Shown: positions 41,629-50,960, numbered from the stretch's first letter. The stretch: DNA of 64,000 nt from Candidatus Thorarchaeota archaeon (GCA_029858305.1 JAOUFI010000001.1:64039-128038); one strand, 5' to 3'. Program-made: numbers and translations. The notes: a model not told the origin generated them from the sequence alone.

Positions 41629-43161
41629 ATGAGCTCTGACGATGATTCACTAACTCAAGCCCAGAGAGAACTAGGCTTGAGGAAGATGACATGGCAGGGC
41701 ATTACAAGCCAAGTCAGGATAACTCTCACAGAGAGTGTATTCCTTGTAGGATTTGCGGTCACTGTATTAAACGCCCCTAACACACTAATTGGTATTTTGG
41801 CAGCTATTCCTTTCTTGGCACAGTTACTTCAGATTCCCTCGGTCTACATCATCCACAGAGCAGGAAAAAGAAAAGCTATCAATGTTATAACACAATTAGG
41901 CAACCGATTGGGTATTTTAGGAATGGCATTGATCTCATATCTCTCGGTATCTGATGTTCGCCTCGTTCTCCTAGTTGTTTTCGTAGCAGTTCAAGCTGTA
42001 TTCAATGGAATAGGCTCTCCTAGTTGGAACTCGTGGTTAAGGGATCTAGTGCCTGTCGATCGTTTAGGTAGATTTTTTTCTGTAAGAATGGCAGCAACTG
42101 GATTAGTTGCTATAGTTGTATCTTTACTTGGCGGTCAGTTCATTGGGCTGTGGACTGATGTATATATTCAAGATCCAAGCATAGGGTATTCGATCCTGTT
42201 CTTTATCGCCTTTCTATTTGGTATGATTGCAGTCTATTTCACCGCTACAACTCCTGAACCTAAATTGATTGTTCCAGATCGTGGGCAGAAGTTCTCACAG
42301 GTCATTACAAAGCCATTCAAGGATGATAATTTCAAACAGCTCATATGGTTTTCAGTTGTCTGGACATTCAGCACCGCTTTGGTGTCTCCATTCTTTACAG
42401 TCTATCTGCTAAACCGTGCAGGACTGGAGTTGCCAGCGATAACAATACTAGTTGCTGTTACTCAGCTTGTTAGTATTGTGTTCTTCAGGTTCTGGGGAAG
42501 ACTCTCAGATCGATTTAGCAATAAATCAATCTTGCAAGTATCAACCCCGCTCTTTATCATAAGCACACTAATGTGGACATTTACTGCGATGGCTGACTTC
42601 TATTCTATGAAGATACCGCTCTTGCTTCTAATTCATCTTGTTTCTGGTTTTTCATCAGCGGGTGTGAGCCTAGCCACTAGTAATATTGGTATGAAACTCG
42701 CACCAAGGGGCGAAGCCACATCATATCTAGCGTCAAGAGGGAGTGTGGTAGCTATTGCAGGAACTGCAGCGCCCCTAATCGGTGGCGCTGCAGCTGACTT
42801 TTTTACACAGTATGGATTCAGACTCGATTTCACATTCACATTTCCTGGCGGTAGTTTCAGCAATTTTCCGGCATATGATATTACTGGACTCGATTTCATA
42901 TTCATCATTTCAGCCATAATCGGATTTTATTCGTTATACAGACTATCCAAGGTCGAGGAAACTGGCGAAGTGGATGAACGGATTGTCATTGAAGCGATAC
43001 TTGAGGAAACTAGAAGAAATGTTAGAACATTATCTACTGTAGATGGGCTGCGGCAGACATTTCATTTTCCAGTGTCAGAACATAAAGATTCAGTGAGAAA
43101 AAGAAAGAAGAAACACATGCCTGAAGAGAAAAAAGATGACTCGGAAAAAAAAATTGAGTAG
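41629..43161 (+). CDS. MFS-type transporter
   Basis: 510 aa, about 12 TM helices, with a Lys/Glu-rich C-terminal tail. Confidence 0.75.
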   Translation: MSSDDDSLTQAQRELGLRKMTWQGITSQVRITLTESVFLVGFAVTVLNAPNTLIGILAAIPFLAQLLQIPSVYIIHRAGKRKAINVITQLGNRLGILGMALISYLSVSDVRLVLLVVFVAVQAVFNGIGSPSWNSWLRDLVPVDRLGRFFSVRMAATGLVAIVVSLLGGQFIGLWTDVYIQDPSIGYSILFFIAFLFGMIAVYFTATTPEPKLIVPDRGQKFSQVITKPFKDDNFKQLIWFSVVWTFSTALVSPFFTVYLLNRAGLELPAITILVAVTQLVSIVFFRFWGRLSDRFSNKSILQVSTPLFIISTLMWTFTAMADFYSMKIPLLLLIHLVSGFSSAGVSLATSNIGMKLAPRGEATSYLASRGSVVAIAGTAAPLIGGAAADFFTQYGFRLDFTFTFPGGSFSNFPAYDITGLDFIFIISAIIGFYSLYRLSKVEETGEVDERIVIEAILEETRRNVRTLSTVDGLRQTFHFPVSEHKDSVRKRKKKHMPEEKKDDSEKKIE

Positions 43162-43190
43162 AATTTTGCGATTGTAGGTATGAGTTGCCA

Positions 43191-44078
43191 ATGGTGGATT
43201 CTCATTCATTCTTATCATTGAAACGCCAAGGTGTATCAGGAAGAACCATTGATAAGAAAGTATTAGCTGCTAAGGTAAGAATGACCGCTAATATTGTGCG
43301 ATTATCTGATGAGAACGCAAACAAAGTGCTTCAACTGCTTGCGCAGGACGCACTATCAAATATTGTGCTCATTGCAGACTGTACTCAGTTGAGGAAGTGG
43401 TGTGATATTCGTATCTTACAAAGTGAAGACGGAATCAACGCAATTTTTTCTGTATATAGGGATCTTGATTTCTTAGCCACAGCATTTTGGTGCCAAGATG
43501 TGGCGTCATTGAAAATTCTCATGAAGGATTATGCTAACATCCTGGTAGGTAAGGAATTCGTAGCTATTTGTACACAAGAGCAGCTTGACCAATTTGGAGG
43601 GGCTTGTGTAATTTTGAAACCCATCAAGGAGCGACAGATGGTCGTTGATAGAGCAACCAAGCTGTATTGTGAATGTAAACGAACTCCAGTCAAACTGTCC
43701 ACTAATGACTCTGAAAAACTGAAAGAGCTGTACAATCTTTCAGGAACACCAGCTTGGACTCCAAATGCAATGCAGCTAGGACCGTTTTATGGAATTATTG
43801 AAACGGATGGTACAATTGCAGCTGCCGCAGGTGTTCACTTTATGACGCCATATGGTACTGAGATTGGGAATGTAGCTACACATCCAGATTACGTGAGGAG
43901 AGGGTATGCAGCGGCATGTATCAAGGCCGTAGTTGAGGATGTGCTTCACGATTCGGATCTTGTTATACTTCACTACTTTGAAGAGAATAAGCCAGCACAG
44001 CTGCTCTATGAAAAGATGGGATTCAGGTACTCGATAGCTGATCCAGTCTTCTTTGTGAGGGCAACGTGCGTTGGTTGA
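43191..44078 (+). CDS. GNAT-domain protein (acetyltransferase domain at the C-terminus)
   Basis: The C-terminal block IGNVATHPDYVRRGYAAACIKAVV...ENKPAQLLYEKMGF is GNAT-like. The N-terminal ~180 aa is unassigned. Confidence 0.65.
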   Translation: MVDSHSFLSLKRQGVSGRTIDKKVLAAKVRMTANIVRLSDENANKVLQLLAQDALSNIVLIADCTQLRKWCDIRILQSEDGINAIFSVYRDLDFLATAFWCQDVASLKILMKDYANILVGKEFVAICTQEQLDQFGGACVILKPIKERQMVVDRATKLYCECKRTPVKLSTNDSEKLKELYNLSGTPAWTPNAMQLGPFYGIIETDGTIAAAAGVHFMTPYGTEIGNVATHPDYVRRGYAAACIKAVVEDVLHDSDLVILHYFEENKPAQLLYEKMGFRYSIADPVFFVRATCVG

Positions 44079-44201
44079 ATTGGTAAATCAAACTTTTTTC
44101 CGTATAGGAAATTCCTCGTGGAGAAAGGATTGTAACGTGTTCATCAGATGATGATGACAGATTCTCTCTAGATGAAACAATCAATATTTTGACGCTATAG
44201 T

Positions 44202-45098
44202 TCAATCTCGACCATCTATCATATATTTGGTATTCAATCCAAGATTGTAAATCCGTTTCAAGGATTTTTCAGCATCAAAGAACCATAAGGTTTTGGCAAG
44301 CTTCCATTTGAATTTGAGCGTTCGATATCGCCGTAAAACCGCAGCTGATTGCTTTCTCAGAGCGTCTGTAGGAATCAAGGGATTCTTGCTCAACTCACGA
44401 AGTTCTTGAAGTTTAGATTCGATAGATAAAAGATCTCTATTCAAAGTTCTCTCAATAGCTTCTTTGATTTGTACTGAATCTAAGTGATCAGCCAACCGAA
44501 GGCGAGACCACCGCATAGTCTGCGCGCCCATAGATTTGAGTTGATTACTGAATTCCTTTGAGTCTAACAATGAATGTCCCTTTTCGTAGTCTAGGATTTT
44601 TCTACGCTCTCTAGCTCGCAATACGGGAAATAGAAGAACACCTGGCCTGAGTCGGACTCCTATTGATCTTCGTAGGAGACGTTCGACTCGCTTTTTCTGT
44701 CCAGGAGTTGGACTATTAAAACTGTAAGATACAATCGAGTAGGCTCGATAAGCGTGTGGGTCATCAAGCCGAGCTTTAATTCCAAGGATTTCACGAGTTC
44801 GAATGAAAGTGAGTGATGGCAATGATTGAAGTATATCAGTGTAGATGCCAACATTTGAGCCTGCAATAAAGAGCCCCTTCCCAACACGTACCAAATCGTC
44901 GTATTGCATTAATTTCTTTGAAATTCCTCGGATGCCATCCTTTGACCCGAGAAGCACAACTAGTCGTGATGTGCCCTTTAGATCGAGCTGGACAAGTTGG
45001 ATACTTTCAATATTCGTCTCGTTCACGATGATTAAACCATCCATAATTAGAATCTGATTGTGACTTAATACGCTTACATGAAAACCAGAGTGACACAC
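44202..45098 (-). CDS. hypothetical protein; central segment with a Cas2/VapD-like beta-alpha-beta pattern
   Basis: 298 aa (GTG start; alternative ATG at 45044). The segment YSIVSYSFNSPTPGQKKRVERLLRRSIGVRLRPGVLLFPV resembles the ferredoxin-fold core of Cas2-type proteins by eye only. The C-terminal part is helical. Confidence 0.5.
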   Translation of the reverse strand: MCHSGFHVSVLSHNQILIMDGLIIVNETNIESIQLVQLDLKGTSRLVVLLGSKDGIRGISKKLMQYDDLVRVGKGLFIAGSNVGIYTDILQSLPSLTFIRTREILGIKARLDDPHAYRAYSIVSYSFNSPTPGQKKRVERLLRRSIGVRLRPGVLLFPVLRARERRKILDYEKGHSLLDSKEFSNQLKSMGAQTMRWSRLRLADHLDSVQIKEAIERTLNRDLLSIESKLQELRELSKNPLIPTDALRKQSAAVLRRYRTLKFKWKLAKTLWFFDAEKSLKRIYNLGLNTKYMIDGRD

Positions 45099-45299
45099 TC
45101 GTGCGATAGCTATAACCGTTAAAATCTTTATTGTGGCTACCTAATCATCCTACTCTTATAAAAAGAGTTTGATAGATATTTTTTAAAAGTATAAAAATCG
45201 CATATATCTTATTTGGCTAAATAAGGGTCTATAAATCGCATATTGTGTGTTAGACATATTTTACATTTGTTTTGTCTACGCAAGCCGAGAGGTGAAAAA

Positions 45300-45383
45300 A
45301 TGGTCTTTGATGATGAAGATACCTGGGAAGACGATGACGAAGACTGGGACGACGATGATGACTGGGACGATGATGATTTCTAA
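45300..45383 (+). CDS. hyper-acidic Trp-periodic microprotein, copy B (27 aa) MVFDDEDTWEDDDEDWDDDDDWDDDDF
   Basis: Same CGAGAGGTGAA element, 3 nt before the ATG. The track instead lists Met/Thr-rich and antisense frames of the same repeat. Confidence 0.55.
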   Translation: MVFDDEDTWEDDDEDWDDDDDWDDDDF

Positions 45384-45481
45384 TTCTAGTCTGATTCGAT
45401 TCATCACAAATCCACCATCTGTCTGTATTTATCACCTGACTTAGAATCAGACAGAATACAATATCACATAGGTGTGAAATA

Positions 45482-45577
45482 ATGGGTAGTAAGAAACCGA
45501 CAACAAAGAAACCTCCTGCAAAGAAAGCAGGTGCAAAGAAAGAAGCGAAAGCTACTGAAAAACCAAAGAAAAAATAA
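45482..45577 (+). CDS. Lys-rich basic microprotein (31 aa) MGSKKPTTKKPPAKKAGAKKEAKATEKPKKK
   Basis: ATG with GGTG 8-11 nt upstream. It lies 98 nt after the acidic microprotein gene and is followed by a long hairpin and T-run. Confidence 0.45.
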   Translation: MGSKKPTTKKPPAKKAGAKKEAKATEKPKKK

Positions 45578-45589
45578 CAAATGACTACA

Positions 45590-45658
45590 ACTGGTGAGTC
45601 AACCCACCTGTTAAATTAGAACAGCTATGGAGAGACTCACCGGTCATCTTTCTTTTCC
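45590..45658 (+). terminator. 11-bp hairpin (one G-U) plus T-rich tract
   Basis: ACTGGTGAGTC (45590-45600) pairs with GACTCACCGGT (45634-45644). It is followed by CATCTTTCTTTTCC. Confidence 0.45.
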
Positions 45659-45767
45659 ATAACTTGTTATCTCTTCCAGCTATTTGTTATAGTCCTTCAT
45701 GACTGCGCTACAAGTGAGCATAATGCTAAAATGCAAGCTGACCAGTTCGGTGGCAACTGTGATTGGA

Positions 45768-46103
45768 ATGACAATAAAGCAATATCCCGATTATATCAAG
45801 AGCCTTGCAAAGGCGAAAATACCTTTTCCAGGAGTACAAGGATGGGTTGCTCAGGGAAAGGAGTTTCAGTTAGTCTTCTTCGAGATAGAATCAGGAGGGC
45901 AGGTTTCTCCACATAGTCATGGTGAGCAATACGGCTATGTGTTTGAAGGTGAAATGATTCTTACCATCGGAGAGGAAACAAGAACCTACCGAGCTGGAGA
46001 GTCATATCATATCCCAAAGGGAGTCATTCATCACGCAAAGTTCAATACTTTCGTTCGAGTCATGGATTTCTTCTTAGAGGCGGACAGGTATACGACAGAG
46101 TAG
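45768..46103 (+). CDS. cupin-domain protein
   Basis: Cupin motifs G-x5-H-x-H-x-E (GGQVSPHSHGEQYGYVFEGE) and G...H.P..V.H. The track start at 45699 adds an unlikely hydrophobic leader. Confidence 0.75.
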   Translation: MTIKQYPDYIKSLAKAKIPFPGVQGWVAQGKEFQLVFFEIESGGQVSPHSHGEQYGYVFEGEMILTIGEETRTYRAGESYHIPKGVIHHAKFNTFVRVMDFFLEADRYTTE

Positions 46104-46177
46104 ATTTATTTCGCCCGCTATTTCAAAGCGCTGTAATAAAACAACTGCACAAAAAAATCACTAGGAAGGCTCAGAAT

Positions 46178-47503
46178 GTGGATATAGAAGAAAATCAGCA
46201 ATCTGAACAAAATCTAACCTCAAATCTGTTGAAGAAAGGCCAATTTGTCACTGTTCTCAATCTTTCCTTAGTCACATTCCTAGTGTTACTGGGACTCAGT
46301 ATGGTCGCGCCTATTCTTCCGAGTTATGCTGAGAGCTTCCAGGTTTCGTATACATTAGTAGGATTTGTGATATCCTCCTTTGCAGTCACTAGAATGATGC
46401 TGGATATCCCGGCAGGTCTTCTTTCGAGAAAGCATGACAAAAAGATGATCATGATACTAGGTTTAACCCTGATTGTCATTTCATCAATCATGGCGGGATT
46501 TGCTCCAAATTATTTTCTACTTGTTATTGCAAGGATGATTGAAGGTGCAGGTTCCGCATTATATGTCACGTCAGCCACAGTCTTCTTGGCTCAAATCTCT
46601 GGAAAAGAGAAACGGGGGCAATGGATGAGTCTCTACTCAGGGATGTTGCTTCTTGGGAGTATTTTTGGCCCTACATTTGGGGGTATTATTGCTTCAGTAT
46701 TTGATATACGAGCTCCCTTCTTTGCATATGCTCTTGCAGCGGGATTGGGCATTATTCCTACTTTGACGCTCCCAAAGATAGAGAACTCTGAACTTGCCTC
46801 TGGTACTGATGATAAGAAATCAATACCACGAAACATGTGGCATGTTCTCACTTACCCCTCTTTTCTTCTAGCAACATTTGCAACCTTTGCTCTGTTCTTT
46901 ATCCGGACTGGAATACGAAGTACACTTGTTCCATTGTTTGCTGCAAACAATCTGGGACTAGATCCAGGTTTTATTGGAGGAATACTCACTGTCGCAGGAA
47001 TAACAACCGCTGTAACAATGGTGCCGATGGGAAAGCTTTCAGATAGAATTGGAAGAAGGAATCCTCTGGCACTATGTTTGTTGCTTTCTGCACTCATCGT
47101 AGTATGGATCCCCTATTCTGACGACCTGCTCGAATTGACTATCAATATGGCAATCTATGGGGCAATCATTGGACTATCGGGACCTATTGCTGCATTTGTG
47201 ACCGATGTATCCCCACAAAACAAGCTTGAGGTTTCCATGGGCCTCTATCGAATGATAAGTGATATGGGATTCATTGCAGGACCTCTGTTCCTTGGCTATT
47301 TAGCAGATATAACAGCAACTCCTGTAGTTGGTGAAACCCATTCAGGACTCATTAGTGTGCTACCTTTCATAGCAGCAGCAATAATCTTGGTGATAGCTGG
47401 TTTGACTCTTCTGACAGCACATGATCCAATAAGAGAAAGGAACAGACAGAAGAAACGCGATGTGGTCGAAGATGAGATTGACCAATTTCAAGAAGGGGCA
47501 TAG
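46178..47503 (+). CDS. MFS transporter (drug:H+ antiporter-like)
   Basis: 441 aa, 12 TM, with MFS loop motifs GLLSRKHDKKMIM and GKLSDRIGRRN. Confidence 0.85.
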   Translation: MDIEENQQSEQNLTSNLLKKGQFVTVLNLSLVTFLVLLGLSMVAPILPSYAESFQVSYTLVGFVISSFAVTRMMLDIPAGLLSRKHDKKMIMILGLTLIVISSIMAGFAPNYFLLVIARMIEGAGSALYVTSATVFLAQISGKEKRGQWMSLYSGMLLLGSIFGPTFGGIIASVFDIRAPFFAYALAAGLGIIPTLTLPKIENSELASGTDDKKSIPRNMWHVLTYPSFLLATFATFALFFIRTGIRSTLVPLFAANNLGLDPGFIGGILTVAGITTAVTMVPMGKLSDRIGRRNPLALCLLLSALIVVWIPYSDDLLELTINMAIYGAIIGLSGPIAAFVTDVSPQNKLEVSMGLYRMISDMGFIAGPLFLGYLADITATPVVGETHSGLISVLPFIAAAIILVIAGLTLLTAHDPIRERNRQKKRDVVEDEIDQFQEGA

Positions 47504-47766
47504 TAGCAATTCTTGGGCGAGGTTATTTTTCCTTCTTTCTGAAGAACTTTGATTATTTTGGATACCTCAGCTTTTTCAATTCCAGTTATTTCAGATACTT
47601 CACCCGCTTTCAGAGGTTTTGTAGCCTTTGTGAAGGCTTTATAGACAATTTCCTTGTTTTCTGGCATTAGAATTTTCACCAGTTCTTTATGTTCATAATT
47701 CATCCTTAAAAGAACGTTGCCACCACTCGGGAGTTTCCTAGAACATGGCAATTCATTAGAATCCAT
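47488..47766 (-). CDS. small winged-helix DNA-binding protein
   Basis: 92 aa. wHTH LKAGEVSEITGIEKAEVSKIIKVLQKEGKI. Confidence 0.55.
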   Translation of the reverse strand: MDSNELPCSRKLPSGGNVLLRMNYEHKELVKILMPENKEIVYKAFTKATKPLKAGEVSEITGIEKAEVSKIIKVLQKEGKITSPKNCYYAPS

Positions 47767-47887
47767 GTCGATACTTCCATTGTGATGAGATTGCTACTTA
47801 GTGTATGGAATAGATTATAGAGGGGAGCTTATAGCAGTGGTAGTCATTACAAATTGTGAGTGAATCTATGAGTGAGGAGAGCTCAGA

Positions 47888-50800
47888 GTGAAGGTAGAGA
47901 AACGAGATCGGAGAATTGTAGACTTTGATGATTCGAAGATTGAAGCTGCTATAACAAAAGCCTTCGAAGCGGGAAATATAGACACTAGTCCGGTTCGTGG
48001 CATCACAAAAGAAGTGGTTCAGATAATCCATGAACGCGGGAAGGAGGTCATCAATATTGAAGAGATACAGGATATTGTTGAAGACACTCTGATGCTACGA
48101 GGTTTTACAGATATTGCACGGCGATACATGAAGTACCGTGAGAAGCATCAGGAAGCCCGAAGAATCCTCCAATTGGTTGGCGTAGTGGATGATCTCAAGT
48201 TCGGTCCAAATGCGGCTACCGTGTTAAAGAGATATCTTCTGAAAAATGAGGAGGGCAAAGCTATTGAAACGCCATCACAGCTTTTCAGGAGAGTGTCTGG
48301 AGCTGTGGCGAGCATTGAGAAAAAGTATGATGAAAGTGCCGATGTAAAAGAATATGATGACCTCTTTTACTCTATGATGGCGAATCTTGAGTTTCTTCCT
48401 AATAGCCCAACTCTCTTCAACGCTGGCACAGCACTTGGTCAGTGCAGTGCATGTTTTGTACTTCCAATTGATGATGATATGAACTCTATCTTCACCTCAC
48501 TAAAGCATATGGCCATGGTTCAGAAATCGGGTGGCGGGACAGGATTCTCATTCTCGAGATTACGACCCAAGGGAGCCAGAGTTGGTACCACCGGAGGAGT
48601 GGCAAGCGGACCGGTTTCATTCATGCGCGCGTACGATACAGCTACTGATGTCATCAAACAAGGAGGTCGAAGAAGAGGCGCGAATATGGCGATACTCCGG
48701 TGTGATCATCCGGATATTATGGAATTTATATCATGCAAGTCCGATAAGCAGGCATTTCGCAACTTCAACATCTCAGTTGCAATAACAGAGAAATTCATGT
48801 CAGCATTGAGAAACGATGCAGAAATAGAGCTGATTAGTCCTCATACAAAGGAGTCAGTCAAGAGTATTAGTGCAAGAGCAATCTTCGACGCAATCGTGCA
48901 TAACGCCTGGAACACCGGTGACCCGGGACTCATCTTCATAGATCGGATTAATGAGAAGCATCCACTCAGCGGAGAACTGATCGAGTCTACAAATCCTTGC
49001 GTATCAGGGGATACTATTGTCAGTACTAGTAAAGGATTGATGAATATCCAAGATGTACCTGGTGTGATGAAAACTGCAAAGAAACTTGTCTTTCGTCTTC
49101 AGACAAAGGAAGGATATCAAGTCAAAGTGACCAGAGATCATCGAATCCTTACAATATCTGGATGGAAACAGGCAGGGGATTTGTGTAAAGGTGATAAACT
49201 ATGCCTTCAAGTTAATGAGGAGGGATTCGGTCAAACAGGCAATCTCCGAATTGGTCAAATTCTTGGATGGTATGTTGGAGATGGATGGAGTACTGGAAAG
49301 GATCGTCGAGCCACTCTTGCATTCTATGGAAGGGATAAAGGAAGGCTGACTCATTATTTCCTCAGCATTGTAAATGAGGAGCTCGAATCTGATTTAGTAG
49401 TAATAAAGAGCAAGAAACGAGAGGAGGTCAGGTCCAGGAGGATTTTGAAGCTTGTTCAAGACTGGGAGATGGAATCAAAAAATATATCGAAACTTTTACT
49501 CTCATCATCAATGGAATGTCAAAGAGGCTTTTTGCAAGGATTATTCAGCGCAGATGGATCAGTCCAAGGAAGCCACCAAAAAGGTTTCACAGTACGACTA
49601 TCTCAAAGCAATCTGGATGTTCTCCGTCGTGTGCAAATTATGCTACTCAACTTTGGAATCGTTGCCAAAATTTATTCGAATAGACGGAGTGAACAAAAGC
49701 GATTAATGCCTAACAGTAAAGGACAACCCAATCTATACAGAACCAGAGCGAGTCATGAGCTAATTATATCAAAAGAGAATATTGTGGAATTCCGAGATAG
49801 GATTGGTTTTCTCCTAGAGTACAAGCAGAAGCGATTAGTCGATGGTATAGAGTCATTAAAAGCACGTGGCCCTTACAAAGAGAGATTCTTTGCGAAATTT
49901 GAATCATTAACACCTCTTCAGGAAGAAGACGTCTTTGACATTGTTGCAACGCCTAGAGGTGGTTTTGTTGCAAACGGAATCATTGTGCATAATTGTGGCG
50001 AACAACCCCTATTACCCTATGAATCATGTGTTCTTGGAAGCATAAATCTCTCAAAAATGGTTAGAGAAGGCGAGGTTCATTGGGAACGTCTTGAGGAGGT
50101 TATTCGCCTTGCTGTTCGATTCTTGGACAATATCATCGATTTGAATGTCTACCCAGTTCCTGAAATTGAAACAGTAACGAAGGCGAATCGAAAAATCGGA
50201 TTGGGAATAATGGGATTTGCAGAACTCCTCATTCAGCTTGGGATTCCCTATGATTCAGAAGGAGGTCTTGAGAAAGCAGAGAAGATCATGTCTTTCATCA
50301 AACAGAGAGCAGAACGTGCCTCCTCAGAACTGGCAAAGATACGAGGGAATTTCGAGAACTTCGCCCTTTTGAAGAAACGCAACACTTGGAAACGTAATGC
50401 TACGTTAATTACCGTGGCGCCCACAGGTAGTATCGGTCTAATCGCGCAGACATCCAGCGGTATAGAACCATTATTTGCAGTGGCTCACAGTCGAATATTA
50501 GCCGAGGGTATCAATCTCAGCGAGGTGAATCCTCTTTTCAAAGTGATAGCTGAGAAAAGGGGGATATGGACAGATGAGATTGAACGTCAGCTTGTGAGAA
50601 CGGGGACTGTTCAAGACATAGATTCAGTGCCTGAAGATATCAAACGTCTCTTCAAAACAGCACACGAGATTGATCCAACATGGCATGTTAGGATGCAGGC
50701 ATCTTTCCAAAAACACACAGATAATGCAGTAAGCAAGACTGTGAATCTTCCAAATCAGGCTACCACAGAGGATATCGAACGTATATTCCTATTGGCTGAT

Positions 50801-50896
50801 GAGCTCCAGCTCAAAGGTATAACCGTCTTTAGGGATGGATGCCTTGATGGAGTTCAAGTCCTCTATAGTGGATGTACAAATTGTGAAGTTCAGTAA
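47888..50896 (+). CDS. nrdJ: adenosylcobalamin-dependent (class II) ribonucleotide reductase with N-terminal ATP-cone, interrupted by an intein
   Basis: ATP-cone VEKRDRRIVDFDDSKIEAAI. The active-site motif TNP|C...HN|CGEQPLLPYESC is split by 332 aa. The exteins total 670 aa. GTG start. Confidence 0.92.
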   Translation: MKVEKRDRRIVDFDDSKIEAAITKAFEAGNIDTSPVRGITKEVVQIIHERGKEVINIEEIQDIVEDTLMLRGFTDIARRYMKYREKHQEARRILQLVGVVDDLKFGPNAATVLKRYLLKNEEGKAIETPSQLFRRVSGAVASIEKKYDESADVKEYDDLFYSMMANLEFLPNSPTLFNAGTALGQCSACFVLPIDDDMNSIFTSLKHMAMVQKSGGGTGFSFSRLRPKGARVGTTGGVASGPVSFMRAYDTATDVIKQGGRRRGANMAILRCDHPDIMEFISCKSDKQAFRNFNISVAITEKFMSALRNDAEIELISPHTKESVKSISARAIFDAIVHNAWNTGDPGLIFIDRINEKHPLSGELIESTNPCVSGDTIVSTSKGLMNIQDVPGVMKTAKKLVFRLQTKEGYQVKVTRDHRILTISGWKQAGDLCKGDKLCLQVNEEGFGQTGNLRIGQILGWYVGDGWSTGKDRRATLAFYGRDKGRLTHYFLSIVNEELESDLVVIKSKKREEVRSRRILKLVQDWEMESKNISKLLLSSSMECQRGFLQGLFSADGSVQGSHQKGFTVRLSQSNLDVLRRVQIMLLNFGIVAKIYSNRRSEQKRLMPNSKGQPNLYRTRASHELIISKENIVEFRDRIGFLLEYKQKRLVDGIESLKARGPYKERFFAKFESLTPLQEEDVFDIVATPRGGFVANGIIVHNCGEQPLLPYESCVLGSINLSKMVREGEVHWERLEEVIRLAVRFLDNIIDLNVYPVPEIETVTKANRKIGLGIMGFAELLIQLGIPYDSEGGLEKAEKIMSFIKQRAERASSELAKIRGNFENFALLKKRNTWKRNATLITVAPTGSIGLIAQTSSGIEPLFAVAHSRILAEGINLSEVNPLFKVIAEKRGIWTDEIERQLVRTGTVQDIDSVPEDIKRLFKTAHEIDPTWHVRMQASFQKHTDNAVSKTVNLPNQATTEDIERIFLLADELQLKGITVFRDGCLDGVQVLYSGCTNCEVQ
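48998..49993 (+). mobile_element. intein with LAGLIDADG homing-endonuclease domain
   Basis: It starts with Cys (CVSGDTIV) and ends IVHN, followed by the +1 Cys. Two LAGLIDADG blocks are present (LGWYVGDGWS, LQGLFSADGSV). It is in frame and 332 codons long. Confidence 0.85.
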
Positions 50897-50960
50897 AGAA
50901 TAATAAATACCTGAAATCTCAGCTTCGGTCTATTCTTCTGAACTGATTGAGTGAAGGCAA

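Noticed and set aside
41478-41629. Back-to-back divergent genes with zero intergenic distance (41628/41629)
   Set aside because: This is most likely an artefact of the longest-ORF call. The ATG at 41478 gives a normal signal-anchor N-terminus (MANIDKVVTLVILLAFF) and leaves a 150-nt divergent promoter region.
45247-45444. 65-aa plus-strand ORF (Met/Thr-rich) and the 61-aa minus-strand ORF at 45250-45435 (His/Arg/Pro-rich)
   Set aside because: They are alternative frames of the GAT/GAC/TGG repeat. Differences between the two genomic copies are synonymous only in the Asp/Trp frame.
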